A DNA stretch of 51,699 bases, from contig JACPIJ010000060.1 in assembly GCA_016188145.1 (NCBI GenBank), positions 1 through 51,699 of the forward strand, given 5' to 3'. The notes under the pieces were generated by a model. That model was not told the origin of the DNA, searched no databases, and was given only the letters and a program-made list of their open reading frames with translations. The translations under genes were made by a program, and so were the position numbers. Positions 16,283 through 26,400 of this stretch are shown here, in pieces (position 1 is the stretch's first letter; every line of letters starts with the position of its first letter). The stretch comes from Candidatus Woesearchaeota archaeon. GTDB taxonomy: Archaea; Nanobdellota; Nanobdellia; Woesearchaeales; UBA10216.

Positions 16283-16414
16283 ATGAAAACAGTAACGGTA
16301 TCAGAAGAGGAGTACAAACGTTTGAAAGAGAAGGAGAAGGTAGATTCCGAAATCCTAGAGGACATAGCACGAGGAGTTAAAGACATATTGACTGGCAAGG
16401 TCAAGGAGATTTAA
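16283..16414 (+). CDS. 43-aa antitoxin-like mini-protein
   Basis: My translation: MKTVTVSEEEYKRLKEKEKVDSEILEDIARGVKDILTGKVKEI. A CTTATATAG box lies about 25 nt upstream. It is too short for the ORF track. Confidence 0.35.
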   Translation: MKTVTVSEEEYKRLKEKEKVDSEILEDIARGVKDILTGKVKEI

Positions 16415-16526
16415 GGTCCCTAACCAGTTTTTCAATTAGTTCTCTGTAAACATCACGTGCCTTTTCTGAACCGTCAAGCTTGGAGAGCTTTTTCTCGTAC
16501 CAATCTGACCTGAACACCCTGAACAT
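16401..16526 (-). pseudogene. 41-aa ORF resembling only the N-terminal helices of a RelE/ParE toxin (possible truncated remnant)
   Basis: My translation: MFRVFRSDWYEKKLSKLDGSEKARDVYRELIEKLVRDLKSP*. A TTTTTAAAC box lies about 27 nt upstream. It converges on the 16283-16414 ORF and overlaps it by 14 nt. Confidence 0.3.
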
Positions 16527-16657
16527 ACAATGTAAAACTTCTCCCGTGTTTAAAAACATTGCTCGCTTGGGCGCAGCAAGCCCCTTAATTTACAGTATCG
16601 GGCTCCGAATCCAAAAAGCTTAATAAGCACCTCATAAGTCCGCCTTCCTGATATTCT

Positions 16658-17059
16658 ATGCCCGTAAAGAACGTTACCAGGAATACGATAATAGCTTCGC
16701 GTTCAAAGATTGCTGACTCGGCATTGGGGCGTGCTGTAGGCTTAATGTTTTCAAAGCCAACCCAGGCAGCCATGGTCCTCAAGTTTGCAAAAGAAACGCC
16801 AATAAGCCTGCACACGTTTTTTGTTTTTTTCCCGATAGACATCATCCTTGCCGATAGTGCACTGCGCGTTGTGGGCATTGTCAAGGGCATGCCTCCGTTC
16901 AGCACTTACTCTGCAGACCAGAAAGCAAAGTTTGTGGTAGAGGTTCCCAGTGGCACCAGAGCTAAAAGCAAAACGAGAGTCGGGGACAGGCTCACCTTCC
17001 TCCGGATTGTCGAAAAGAGGTTTGCCAACGGCAGGCGCATAACTGTGAGCAGGGCCTGA
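16658..17059 (+). CDS. DUF192 (COG1430) family protein
   Basis: GRAVGLMF...PISLHTFFVFFPIDIILADSALRVVGI...FVVEVPSG...VGDRLTF matches the DUF192 pattern. Confidence 0.7.
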   Translation: MPVKNVTRNTIIASRSKIADSALGRAVGLMFSKPTQAAMVLKFAKETPISLHTFFVFFPIDIILADSALRVVGIVKGMPPFSTYSADQKAKFVVEVPSGTRAKSKTRVGDRLTFLRIVEKRFANGRRITVSRA

Positions 17060-17429
17060 CACTCACAAATCTGCTGTTGCCATTTCAGTTTTGACCGGAT
17101 TGATGCGTAACTTGGCCAAAATTATCATAACTCATCATACTCGTCTTAACTTTAAAGAGGTTACAACAATTTAAATATAGACCTTCTCAACTGTTCCAAC
17201 TGGATTTGAAGGGGGTGCGTGCGCGTTATTGGCAAACGTAGCGAACATAATGGCAACAGGAGAGAAATTAAGTCATATTTTAGCACGTATTCACGCCTTT
17301 TCCAAAAAGTTTAAATACAACCTAACCAAAAGTGAGTTCCATACTCCCAGTCATACTATTATCGGCCATCGGAATTGTGTGGCTGTGCAGTTTGAGTGGT
17401 GTCAGGAGTTAAAATCGAGGTGTTGAGGC

Positions 17430-20400
17430 TTGTCTTTTAACGCGAAGTCGCTTAAGCCGCTTTTTTCACAGAAAAAGGGAACCATTTACAGCCTTGTTCT
17501 GCTGATTGCCGTAGCGGTAATGGTTGTAGGCATATTGTCGGTTAATGCTTTAAACGCAAGAAATGTTACAATAACTCCCAAGTGGGTGGGTTCTAGTTTC
17601 AATCAGTCCTTTAACATTACTGTTAGCAATGTTGCTGGCAGTGCTGTAATCAATGTAGTCAGGATTACTAAACCAAACGATTTTGTCGACATATACTGTA
17701 TTAACCCCGTGACTACGGGGTGGACTTGCGCAACCAACGGCACGAAACAAGGGTTTGTGTATGTGGAATTCACAGGCGGCACCATAGCTGCTGGCGCTTC
17801 TGACAGCTTTAACATTACCTCAACCGCTGCCAGTGCTGCCGGTGATTACACGTTTCAGTTGAGGACAGAGGATGACGCTGCCGCTATTAACTCAACCAAT
17901 CTCAACAACAACGTTTCTGTCGACACACGTCCTCCACTGCTTGTTTTGATGAACGTTTCTGACGGCACCAGAATCCTTAGCAGCGGGGAGCACCTTAATG
18001 GCTCGCTTTTCCTGAGCAACTCCACTGGCAGGGTTACCATACTGTTTAACGCAACCGACAACGAGTCGTCAGTGCACTCTGTAACGCTTTACTACAACGC
18101 CACAAATAGCACGTCAATTTCTGAAGATGTTATCTTAAAGCCTAACCACCAAACAGCAGGCACTTATGATTTGGCATATGCAATGTCCAACTTATCATTC
18201 GGGCCTGGCTCTTTGTGGAACGCAACGCTTGATGGCGGCAACATCCTCAACGGCACAAGGATATTCTTCACAGTTGTTGCCAACGACACGGTAAGAAACG
18301 GCAACGTGAGCAACTCCACCTACTGGCCGAATTCTGGCACGGCTTACAATTTTACTATAGACTCGGCTGCCCCAAGGTTTGAGGACGTTCAGGTTTTAAA
18401 CGCCAGTCAGCTTACCACCAACACGGCAGGCAATGCCATTAACACCACTAAGACGTTTGGCAGCCTTGGCGGGCTTGAGTACATAATAAACAGCAGCCTG
18501 CTGCTTAACGTCAGCGCCCTCGTCAGCGATGGCGGAGGCTCAGGCGTTGTGCGTGTCCAGATTATGAACAGGACAGGCAACTTTGTGGACATGAACCCGA
18601 TTACCGGCACGAATGGCTCAAGTGGCCAGACAACGTGGAACCTCTCGCTCTACAACATAACCGACCTGGGGCAGCGCGTTGGCGGCTTCAATGGCGATGG
18701 GTTATACAACCTCAGCTTCAGGACAACCGATAATGTCAGCAACGTCGTCAATAATAACTTCACCGTTGAGGTTGACGACGCCCCGCCAACAGGCTCTGTT
18801 TCCACAAACATAACAATTAATGGCAAGCTTTCAGAAGGCAATGTAACACTGGACATCTCTACAAACGCATCCTTCAACATCAGCCTTAAGACAACCAATA
18901 ACATAAACAACATTACAAGGAACGTGAGCGTGTTTGGCAACAGAGGGCTGGTGTACAACTTCACTTTCGGCAGCGGAACGACTTCAGGCACTTCAGTCTG
19001 GAACCTGACCCTGTTAAACGACTCATTGGTTAACCTGAGCAACTTCTGCGACGCAAGCACGGGCTTTACGGCTGCTGACGGCTCGCAGTGTAACCTCCAA
19101 TTCAACTTCTCAGACGTCCTTGGAAGGATGAACAGCTCAATAAACCTGACAATAGCTGTTGACGGGGTTGCGCCAAACGTTTCGATAATCAGCCCTGTTT
19201 CCCTTACAACTAACTATACCGGTACAGTCCTGATTAACGCCTCAGTGAACGATTCTGTCGGGCCATTAAGGAACGTCTCGTTCAGGTGGAGGATGAACTC
19301 GTCAACAATTACTGACGGTGACGAAGGCCTTAATGCGAGCAACTGGATGCCCCTCAGTTTGACATCAGGCACCAACAGCCAGTTCAACGCTCGCGGCTAC
19401 TGGTCAGCCACGCTCACAATCAGCAGCTTGACTGACACGAATTACAGCATAGAAATCAACGCAACCGACAGCGGCGCAAGGCAGAACACTACGACAAATG
19501 TTTCGAATGTCATATTTGACTCTACAATTCCGCAGAACATCACCATAGTTGCGCCCGGCTCGAACAGCTTCCTCAGGGTTAACTTCACAGTTGGCATAAA
19601 CGCCACCGAGAGGATATCGGGGCTGCGCAACGTGAGCGTAAGGCTTGAAAACGCAACCCATACTTCTCCGTGGGTTGGGATGAATCAGGAGATTGTTGCC
19701 CTTTCATCTGTTACTACCATTGCCACAACTGCAAAATACAACGCATCCAGGTTTAACCTCACCCATGTTGGTGAGCAGGCCATGAACGCAAGCAATGGCA
19801 ACTTCACCTTGCGGCTTAACGTCACAGACACGGCAGGCAACCAGAACACCACTGTAACGATAAACTTCACAATAGACACGGTTCTGCCCACGAATATAAC
19901 GGTAATACAGCCGTTAACCGGCATAAACAGGACAGGCAACTTCACCATTAACCTCTCGGTTAATGAGTCAAACATTGATACTGTCTGGTTCAGGTGGGTT
20001 AATGACAGCAGCGGCGCTACAGCGGGCCATAGGGGGCCATGGGTGCCAATGACTCAAGGCACTGTCGGCATGTTCAACAGCACCTTTATCAACCTGACCG
20101 TTGCTCCGGTATTGCTTGATGGCAACTACAGCATAGAGTTTAACGTTACCGACAGGGCGGGCAACCAGAACGCCTCCACGCTGCTCAACAGCACTCCCTT
20201 TGCCCAGCTTGTCCTTGACAGTAATGCCCCGCTGATTATTGCTACCGGCTCCCTTGCTGGCAACACCTCAAACCTGACCGGCAACTTTTTTGTTAACCTC
20301 ACGATAAACGACACCAGCACATGGAACATGACCGTTGGCAAGCTTACTACCAGAAACATTAACGCCTCAGCGTTCAGGCTTGAGAACACAACGTTTAACA

Positions 20401-21647
20401 GCAGCTGGCTCAACATGGATTTCGCAACCAATGACATGACAAACGCAGACTCCAACAGGACCAACGCTACCTTCACGTTCAGCTCTGTGCCAAACGGGCT
20501 TTACAACATAAGGTTCATGGTTAACGACACAGCAGGAAACCAGAACAACACAGTCCAGGTCAGCAACGTTATGCTTGACAACGTTGCGCCAAGCGTTGCA
20601 ATGTCTGTAAGCAACCTAAGCCCGAGCCCGACTGGAGGAAGCGGTATTTCCGGCAGTTTGTCATTCAATGTTACCATAACAGACAACCTGCCGGTTAACA
20701 TCAGCATCGGAAACACGAACAGCACGCAGGGCAACAGGTTCGGCGTGTTCTACCGCTTTGTGAGCGCTTCACTCACAACATCGTGGCTGCCGATGAACAC
20801 TACATCGTTCTCAGAGTCAATAACAGCGCCGCACAAGGTCGTGTTTAACGCCACCAACGGCACCTCAGCGCTGGCTGACGGCGATTACCAGCTGCAGATT
20901 AACGCAACAGACTCGGCAAACAACCAGAACGCTACAGTGTATGTTGACGTTACATTGCAGAATGGCGGCAGCCGTGTGCAGGCCAAGAACCTGACCTTCT
21001 TTGAGGGCATTTGGAATGGCTTTGCCAACAGCAGCACAGACACCTACACGTTCCTGATGAACACCACTGCAAACGCGACTTGCAGATACTCGCTCGACAC
21101 GTCAGCAACCGACTATGACGCTATGACCAGCACTATGACTAACAACGTCAGCAGGGAGCACAGAATCGCCTTCGGTCCACGCAGGGATGTTGGAGCTTCA
21201 GGCCATACATTATACTATGCCTGCAAGGATGTTTCTGGCAACTTCACAGCTGCTGGAGGAGCAGCGAGCCAGTTCCCCTTCGGCATTGACACCAGGAGCC
21301 GTTGGAATGTTACAATCCCGGGAAAGACCGACAGCAAGTGGCCAAACTACTTCCAGGCAGCAGCTGGCGGCAGCGCTAATGGCTGGTCAAGCTTTGTGCT
21401 TTCAACAGGACAGTTGGCAGACACTACTTTAGTCAGTCCGGGAACATATAACGTGACTTCTGTGCTGTCCTCGCTGCTGAGCGGAACCGCAGCAGGCAAC
21501 TTCACCAGAATATATGCTTACACTGCCAGCAGTGACTCGTGGGTGAGTTTCAGGGTAGGGCAGACAGGCAATACATTTATCAACTTTACCAACCAGACAA
21601 CATACTGGCTTAACGTTACAACCGTTGAAAGGCTGGAGATAAACTAA
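17430..21647 (+). CDS. giant secreted/anchored glycoprotein, about 10 Ig-like (DxAGN-type, Big_5/SbsA-like) repeats, sequon-saturated
   Basis: 1405 aa. Repeated modules end in DTAGNQNTT / DRAGNQNAS / DTAGNQNNT / DSANNQNAT followed by V-x-D-x-x-x-P. I hand-counted about 110 N-X-S/T sequons. The N-terminus SQKKG-TIYSLVLLIAVAVMVVGILSV resembles an archaeal class III signal. TTG start, with GAGGTG 10 nt upstream. Confidence 0.8.
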   Translation: MSFNAKSLKPLFSQKKGTIYSLVLLIAVAVMVVGILSVNALNARNVTITPKWVGSSFNQSFNITVSNVAGSAVINVVRITKPNDFVDIYCINPVTTGWTCATNGTKQGFVYVEFTGGTIAAGASDSFNITSTAASAAGDYTFQLRTEDDAAAINSTNLNNNVSVDTRPPLLVLMNVSDGTRILSSGEHLNGSLFLSNSTGRVTILFNATDNESSVHSVTLYYNATNSTSISEDVILKPNHQTAGTYDLAYAMSNLSFGPGSLWNATLDGGNILNGTRIFFTVVANDTVRNGNVSNSTYWPNSGTAYNFTIDSAAPRFEDVQVLNASQLTTNTAGNAINTTKTFGSLGGLEYIINSSLLLNVSALVSDGGGSGVVRVQIMNRTGNFVDMNPITGTNGSSGQTTWNLSLYNITDLGQRVGGFNGDGLYNLSFRTTDNVSNVVNNNFTVEVDDAPPTGSVSTNITINGKLSEGNVTLDISTNASFNISLKTTNNINNITRNVSVFGNRGLVYNFTFGSGTTSGTSVWNLTLLNDSLVNLSNFCDASTGFTAADGSQCNLQFNFSDVLGRMNSSINLTIAVDGVAPNVSIISPVSLTTNYTGTVLINASVNDSVGPLRNVSFRWRMNSSTITDGDEGLNASNWMPLSLTSGTNSQFNARGYWSATLTISSLTDTNYSIEINATDSGARQNTTTNVSNVIFDSTIPQNITIVAPGSNSFLRVNFTVGINATERISGLRNVSVRLENATHTSPWVGMNQEIVALSSVTTIATTAKYNASRFNLTHVGEQAMNASNGNFTLRLNVTDTAGNQNTTVTINFTIDTVLPTNITVIQPLTGINRTGNFTINLSVNESNIDTVWFRWVNDSSGATAGHRGPWVPMTQGTVGMFNSTFINLTVAPVLLDGNYSIEFNVTDRAGNQNASTLLNSTPFAQLVLDSNAPLIIATGSLAGNTSNLTGNFFVNLTINDTSTWNMTVGKLTTRNINASAFRLENTTFNSSWLNMDFATNDMTNADSNRTNATFTFSSVPNGLYNIRFMVNDTAGNQNNTVQVSNVMLDNVAPSVAMSVSNLSPSPTGGSGISGSLSFNVTITDNLPVNISIGNTNSTQGNRFGVFYRFVSASLTTSWLPMNTTSFSESITAPHKVVFNATNGTSALADGDYQLQINATDSANNQNATVYVDVTLQNGGSRVQAKNLTFFEGIWNGFANSSTDTYTFLMNTTANATCRYSLDTSATDYDAMTSTMTNNVSREHRIAFGPRRDVGASGHTLYYACKDVSGNFTAAGGAASQFPFGIDTRSRWNVTIPGKTDSKWPNYFQAAAGGSANGWSSFVLSTGQLADTTLVSPGTYNVTSVLSSLLSGTAAGNFTRIYAYTASSDSWVSFRVGQTGNTFINFTNQTTYWLNVTTVERLEIN

Positions 21648-21693
21648 AAATATAAATAATAGCTTCTATCTTTGGCATAGTAGGGGAATCTGC

Positions 21694-23364
21694 ATGGTTA
21701 AAGCTAAAAATTCCGCATTAATAATTCTTATTTTAAGCATTTTAAGCTTGTCATTGTTTCTGTCATTAAGCGCGTATGCTGAGCAGTATGAAAAGCTTAA
21801 CACATTCACAGGCAACGTCACAATAGGAGGGAGCTACGCGTATAACGGCGCAGTTATTGACGCCTTCATAGGCAGCTCGTCCTCTCCTGCAAAGTCGTAC
21901 ACGATTGGCTCCTCAAACCTGGGGGAGAACTACTCAGTTGACTTTGAATGCAACGCCGGCAGCACAGTTTTCCTGAAAGTGTGGGGCATCAACGCCACCC
22001 ATCAAACCTGCACCAATTACTTGGCTAACTACACAAACCTTTCTGTTTCCCTGACGGCCAACGACGGCTCGTGCAGCTACGCCAACGGCTGCTCAAGCGG
22101 CATCTGCTGCTCTGGCGATACTGCAGTTAACAGCTCTACCTCAAGCGGCGTATGTCAGGCAGCGGCGTGCGGCGCCGGCATAACCATACCGGCATTTTCC
22201 CTCAGCGCTTCGAGCATAACAACGTCTGGAACAGTGAATTTCACCATAAACCTAAGCAGCGTGCTGCGCTACAACATCACGTCAGCGAACTTCACCCTGG
22301 TTACCGGGTCAACTGTGGTTAGCAGGAACTTTACCATACCTTCCAGCGGGAAGGATTTCAACTTAAGCTACAAAATCTTTGCCTCGTCAGAAACAGCGTC
22401 TGCTGGCACGTACAACGTGACCGCTGTGCAGGTTAATGACAACGGAAGCATAGTAAACCGCACTGCCATAACAAACATGAACTTCACCGTTACGGCTGCG
22501 GCAACCACTCCTGCCGCTGATACGGGCGGAAGCAGCGGCGGTGGAAGCGGTGGCGGAGGGGGAACCCCGGCTGTAACACCAGCTCCAGCACCCAGTAAAG
22601 AAACTGTAGAGGCGGTTAAAGAGGCCTTGCCTGCGACTTTCCAGGTGGCTGCGGAAGCCGGCAACGTTGAGTACAAGACAGTTGCAGCTCCTGAGGTCAA
22701 GGCGGTTCCCGCAAAGGCAGAAGCAGCTACCTCAGATATCAAGTACGCTGTGGATTATTTAGTCAAGACAGAGGAGGCACAGCAGGCGTTGAGCAGCATA
22801 CAGGACGCCGTTTCAGCTGGCTCTGCAACCACGGTCCAGGCTTCTGGCGGCTCTGTCAAGAAAACAATTGAGGTTGTCAAGGCTACCAACAAGGTCACTA
22901 AGGAAGAGGTAGTTGTTTCTGTCGTCAAGCTCTCGGTCACCGCCCCAGGTAACCAGGACCTGAAGAACGTTGAGGTTGTCGAGGTTATTCCGAAGGCAGC
23001 TGCCAGCAATGTCAACCAGGTCACTTTTAAGGGCGAAAAGCCCATAGTGCTTGAGGCAGACCCTGTTGTCAAGTGGTTCTTTGCCCAGGTCAGCAAGGGC
23101 CAGAAGAAGGATCTCAGTTACGCCATTAACAAGGACATAAGGAGCATCGGCACGAGCACAGTCGCTGTCCAGGGACGGGCAGAAGCAGCCCCTCCGGCCG
23201 TTGAGGCGCCCCCTGCTCCTCCTGTTGGGGAGAAAGAAGAGGCAGCGCCTGCTGAGGTCAAGAAGCCCACTCCTTTTAGCATAATGATTTTGGTGGTTGT
23301 TCTGGCTGTTGTCGTGGTTGGCGGCTGGCTGTTCCTGAAGGGCAGGAAGAAGGTTATGAAGTAA
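21694..23364 (+). CDS. secreted Cys-rich glycoprotein with a Gly linker, IPK-type domain, TM anchor and basic tail
   Basis: Signal peptide ...LSLSAYAEQ, a Cys-rich N-domain, many NxS/T sequons, GGSSGGGSGGGGGTP, and C-terminal FSIMILVVVLAVVVVGGWLFLKGRKK. Confidence 0.75.
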   Translation: MVKAKNSALIILILSILSLSLFLSLSAYAEQYEKLNTFTGNVTIGGSYAYNGAVIDAFIGSSSSPAKSYTIGSSNLGENYSVDFECNAGSTVFLKVWGINATHQTCTNYLANYTNLSVSLTANDGSCSYANGCSSGICCSGDTAVNSSTSSGVCQAAACGAGITIPAFSLSASSITTSGTVNFTINLSSVLRYNITSANFTLVTGSTVVSRNFTIPSSGKDFNLSYKIFASSETASAGTYNVTAVQVNDNGSIVNRTAITNMNFTVTAAATTPAADTGGSSGGGSGGGGGTPAVTPAPAPSKETVEAVKEALPATFQVAAEAGNVEYKTVAAPEVKAVPAKAEAATSDIKYAVDYLVKTEEAQQALSSIQDAVSAGSATTVQASGGSVKKTIEVVKATNKVTKEEVVVSVVKLSVTAPGNQDLKNVEVVEVIPKAAASNVNQVTFKGEKPIVLEADPVVKWFFAQVSKGQKKDLSYAINKDIRSIGTSTVAVQGRAEAAPPAVEAPPAPPVGEKEEAAPAEVKKPTPFSIMILVVVLAVVVVGGWLFLKGRKKVMK

Positions 23365-23468
23365 CCTTTCCTTTGTGCCGTTTTCGGCACTTAAGTGCCA
23401 CAATTGGAACATTATAAACAACTTTTCCTGTATAACTTTATAAATCCCCGCTTGCACTTAATTTTAAG

Positions 23469-26400
23469 GTGCTGGCAAAATTGGACAGTAGAGCGGTGTC
23501 GAGGCTTGTTTTTCTGGTTGCTGTAGCTGCTGCAGCTGCTGTGCTGTTTGGAAAGCTTTTCGTAGCTGCCTCAGCATCTTCTGAGGAGCCTGTAAAGGTA
23601 ATTGTTTACGTCAAGGACGGCTCTTGGGAGAAGAAGCTCGTCAGGGGGATTTACCCCGCAGCTGCCGCTGTCAGTTCGCAGTCTGTGCTGGAATCCTTGC
23701 CTGCTGGCGAGGTCGAGGCTGGCCACCGCTTTAGCTCCTTTGACGGCTTTGTAGCTACTGTGAGCAGGGCTGCTTATGAGCAGCTTAAGGCAAATCCGAA
23801 CCTTGAGGTGTATGAAGATGGGTTTTCCAGCATCATGCTTGACGGCTCTGCCCCCCTTGTAAACTCAACCATTACGCATGGCCTGGTTTACAACAGCAGC
23901 AACATAACGGGGAATACCATAAGCGTTTGCGTTATTGACACTGGCGTCAACTACAGCCATCCTGCCCTGGGAGGATGCACCACTTCGCAGTTTACAGGCG
24001 GCACCTGTGCAAAGGTTCTTTCAGGCTATGACTTTTTCAACTCTGACAATGACCCGATGGACAACCACGGCCACGGCAGCCACGTTGCAGGGATAGTGGC
24101 GAGCACTGACAGCACTTACCGCGGCATAGCCCCTAACGCTTCCATTATAGCCTTAAATGCCTGCAGCAATGCAGGCTCCTGCCCTAACAGTAACATTACA
24201 GCTGCCATCGACTGGTGCGTCAACAACGCCTCTAAGTTCAACATTTCCGTCATAAGCATAAGCTTGGGGGGAGGGCTTTACAATTCTTACTGCGACAACG
24301 ATGATTCAGCAGGCGTTTTCAAGCTGCCAATAGACACCGCTGTTGTGAATAACATCTCTGTTGTTGCAGCTTCTGGCAACCAGGGCGTTTCTGTTACTCA
24401 GGGCAGCACAACTCAGATACGCGCTCCTGCCTGCATCCAGAACGCTACAGCTGTTTCTTCAACAACCAAGCAGGATGCGGTTGCAGCTACTGCTGACCGA
24501 AACAACATTACAGACCTGCTTGCCCCTGGCGACAGCATTACATCTGTTAATTACAACACTGGCGGCTTTACGTCAAAGAGCGGCACTTCCATGGCTGCCC
24601 CGCATGTTTCTGGCGCGATTGCCCTTCTGGCGCAGTTCAGGAAGCTCACGGCAGGTGTTAACATAACGGTAAACGAAAGCTTCCTCGCCCTCAACACAAC
24701 AGGCGTCAACGTTACAGACACAGACGGAAACGGTATCCAGTATGCGAGGATTAACGTCTACAAGGCTTCGCTGTGGCTTGACTCCGACCCTCCCAACATC
24801 ACTTACGTTGCCCCGACACTTGCTAACAATTCAAATTCCTCGTCGACAAACGTCTTCGTCAACATCACCAGCAGCGAAATCCTCCATACTGCATTGCTTG
24901 AGTGGAACAACAACACCAACATCACCAACTACAGCATGGTCCAGAATGGCTCGGCTCTTGCCTGGGCTAGGAACCATACCTCGAGCAGCTCCGGCGTTAT
25001 AACTTACAGAGTGTGGGGCAACGACTCTGCTGGCAACTGGGGTGTTGCCGAAAATAGGACTGTGCAGGTCAACAACACGCCTCCGAGGATTGATTTGTTC
25101 CTGCCTGCCAACATCAACCACAACATCACAGAGCCAGCCAATCAGACATTCAACATAACCTACACCGACACCGAAAACGATGCCGTGATTGTGGACTGGT
25201 ACGTTAACGGCACCCTCCAGGCATCAGCGAGGAACACCAACTTCACTTTCCTTGGCAACTTCAGCCAGGCATCGCAGCAGCGCAACGGCACTTACAACAT
25301 CACCGCTGTTGTCTCGGATGGTAGCCTTTCCAACCAGCTAAACTGGACTTTGACAGTGAATAACACAAACAGGGCTCCGCAATGGGCCAATGCCTCCAAC
25401 CAGACATCAGCCGAGGACGCCCCGCTGAATTTCACAGTCATTGCCACAGACCTTGACAACGACACGATAACCTACTTCCTGAACAACACGATAAACTTTA
25501 CTATAAACGCGACAACAGGCAACATAACCTTCAACCTCTCTGGCGCCGGCAACTTTTCGGGAACGTTTTACCTTGCCATCAACGCTTCTGACGGCCTCGC
25601 AAATGCGTCTGAAGTGATTTTCGTGAACATAACGGCAGTTAATGACACCCCAACGCTATTTACAATCAGCAACTTTACCTTGAACGAAACCGACTTTGCC
25701 AACATAACCGCAGTTGCCGATGACGCTGAGAACGACCTTCTCAACTTTACAATAAACGACACTGCAAGATTTAATTTCACGACGAGAAACCAGTCAGCTG
25801 CCAACTTCAGCTGGAAGACAAACATTACTGATGCGGGAACTTACCAGTTCAGGGTCAACGCCACTGACTTCAATACATCAAGCATTGGCTTCTTCAACGT
25901 TACGGTGGTTGACAGGCCTGATTTTGACGGGGATGCCATTCCTGACATTTATGATGATGATATTGACAATGACGGCGTTCAAAACGGGCAGGACTCGATC
26001 CTTGGTAACTTCAGCAGCCTGAATTCCTCAACTCTGCTGTCTTCAGCCCTTAATGTTACGATTAATGGCACAGCAAACGCATCAAGGCTTCTCAGCGATA
26101 CGCTTTTTGTGAACGTATCAAACAGCACCCGTTCATTGCTCGCGTTTTACTGGAATTTCAGCCTCAGCAACCTTTCGCTTAATTTTACGGTTGACGTGCA
26201 GGCCCCGGCAGCGTCTGTTGGCTTTATACTGATTAAAGGGCTTGTGCTGCAGCAGAACCAGACGAAAAACATCACTATAAACGTTGTGAGCGGCAGCAAC
26301 AGCGTCTGCGTCAAGGATGCTGATGTTTCCTCGATTAATGACGTGAGCAGCGGCTGCAGCGGCGCTAATGAGACTCTCATCTCATGCCCTGGAGTTGCAG

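Noticed and set aside
17229-17426. 65-aa ORF upstream of the giant glycoprotein gene.
   Set aside because: It starts at a TTG, contains the TATA-like box (GTTTAAATAC, about 17309-17318) that probably serves the 17430 gene, and has no recognisable features. It is more likely a promoter/leader region.
22813-23457. Long antisense or alternative-frame ORFs inside the large envelope genes and aglB (for example 22813-23457, 22368-22742, 7887-8441, 10326-10874, 18650-19105, 32156-32698, 48813-49424).
   Set aside because: All are nested in longer ORFs with clear domains or motifs. Their products are low-complexity, and they lack TATA or Shine-Dalgarno signals. They are typical shadow ORFs of biased-composition genes.
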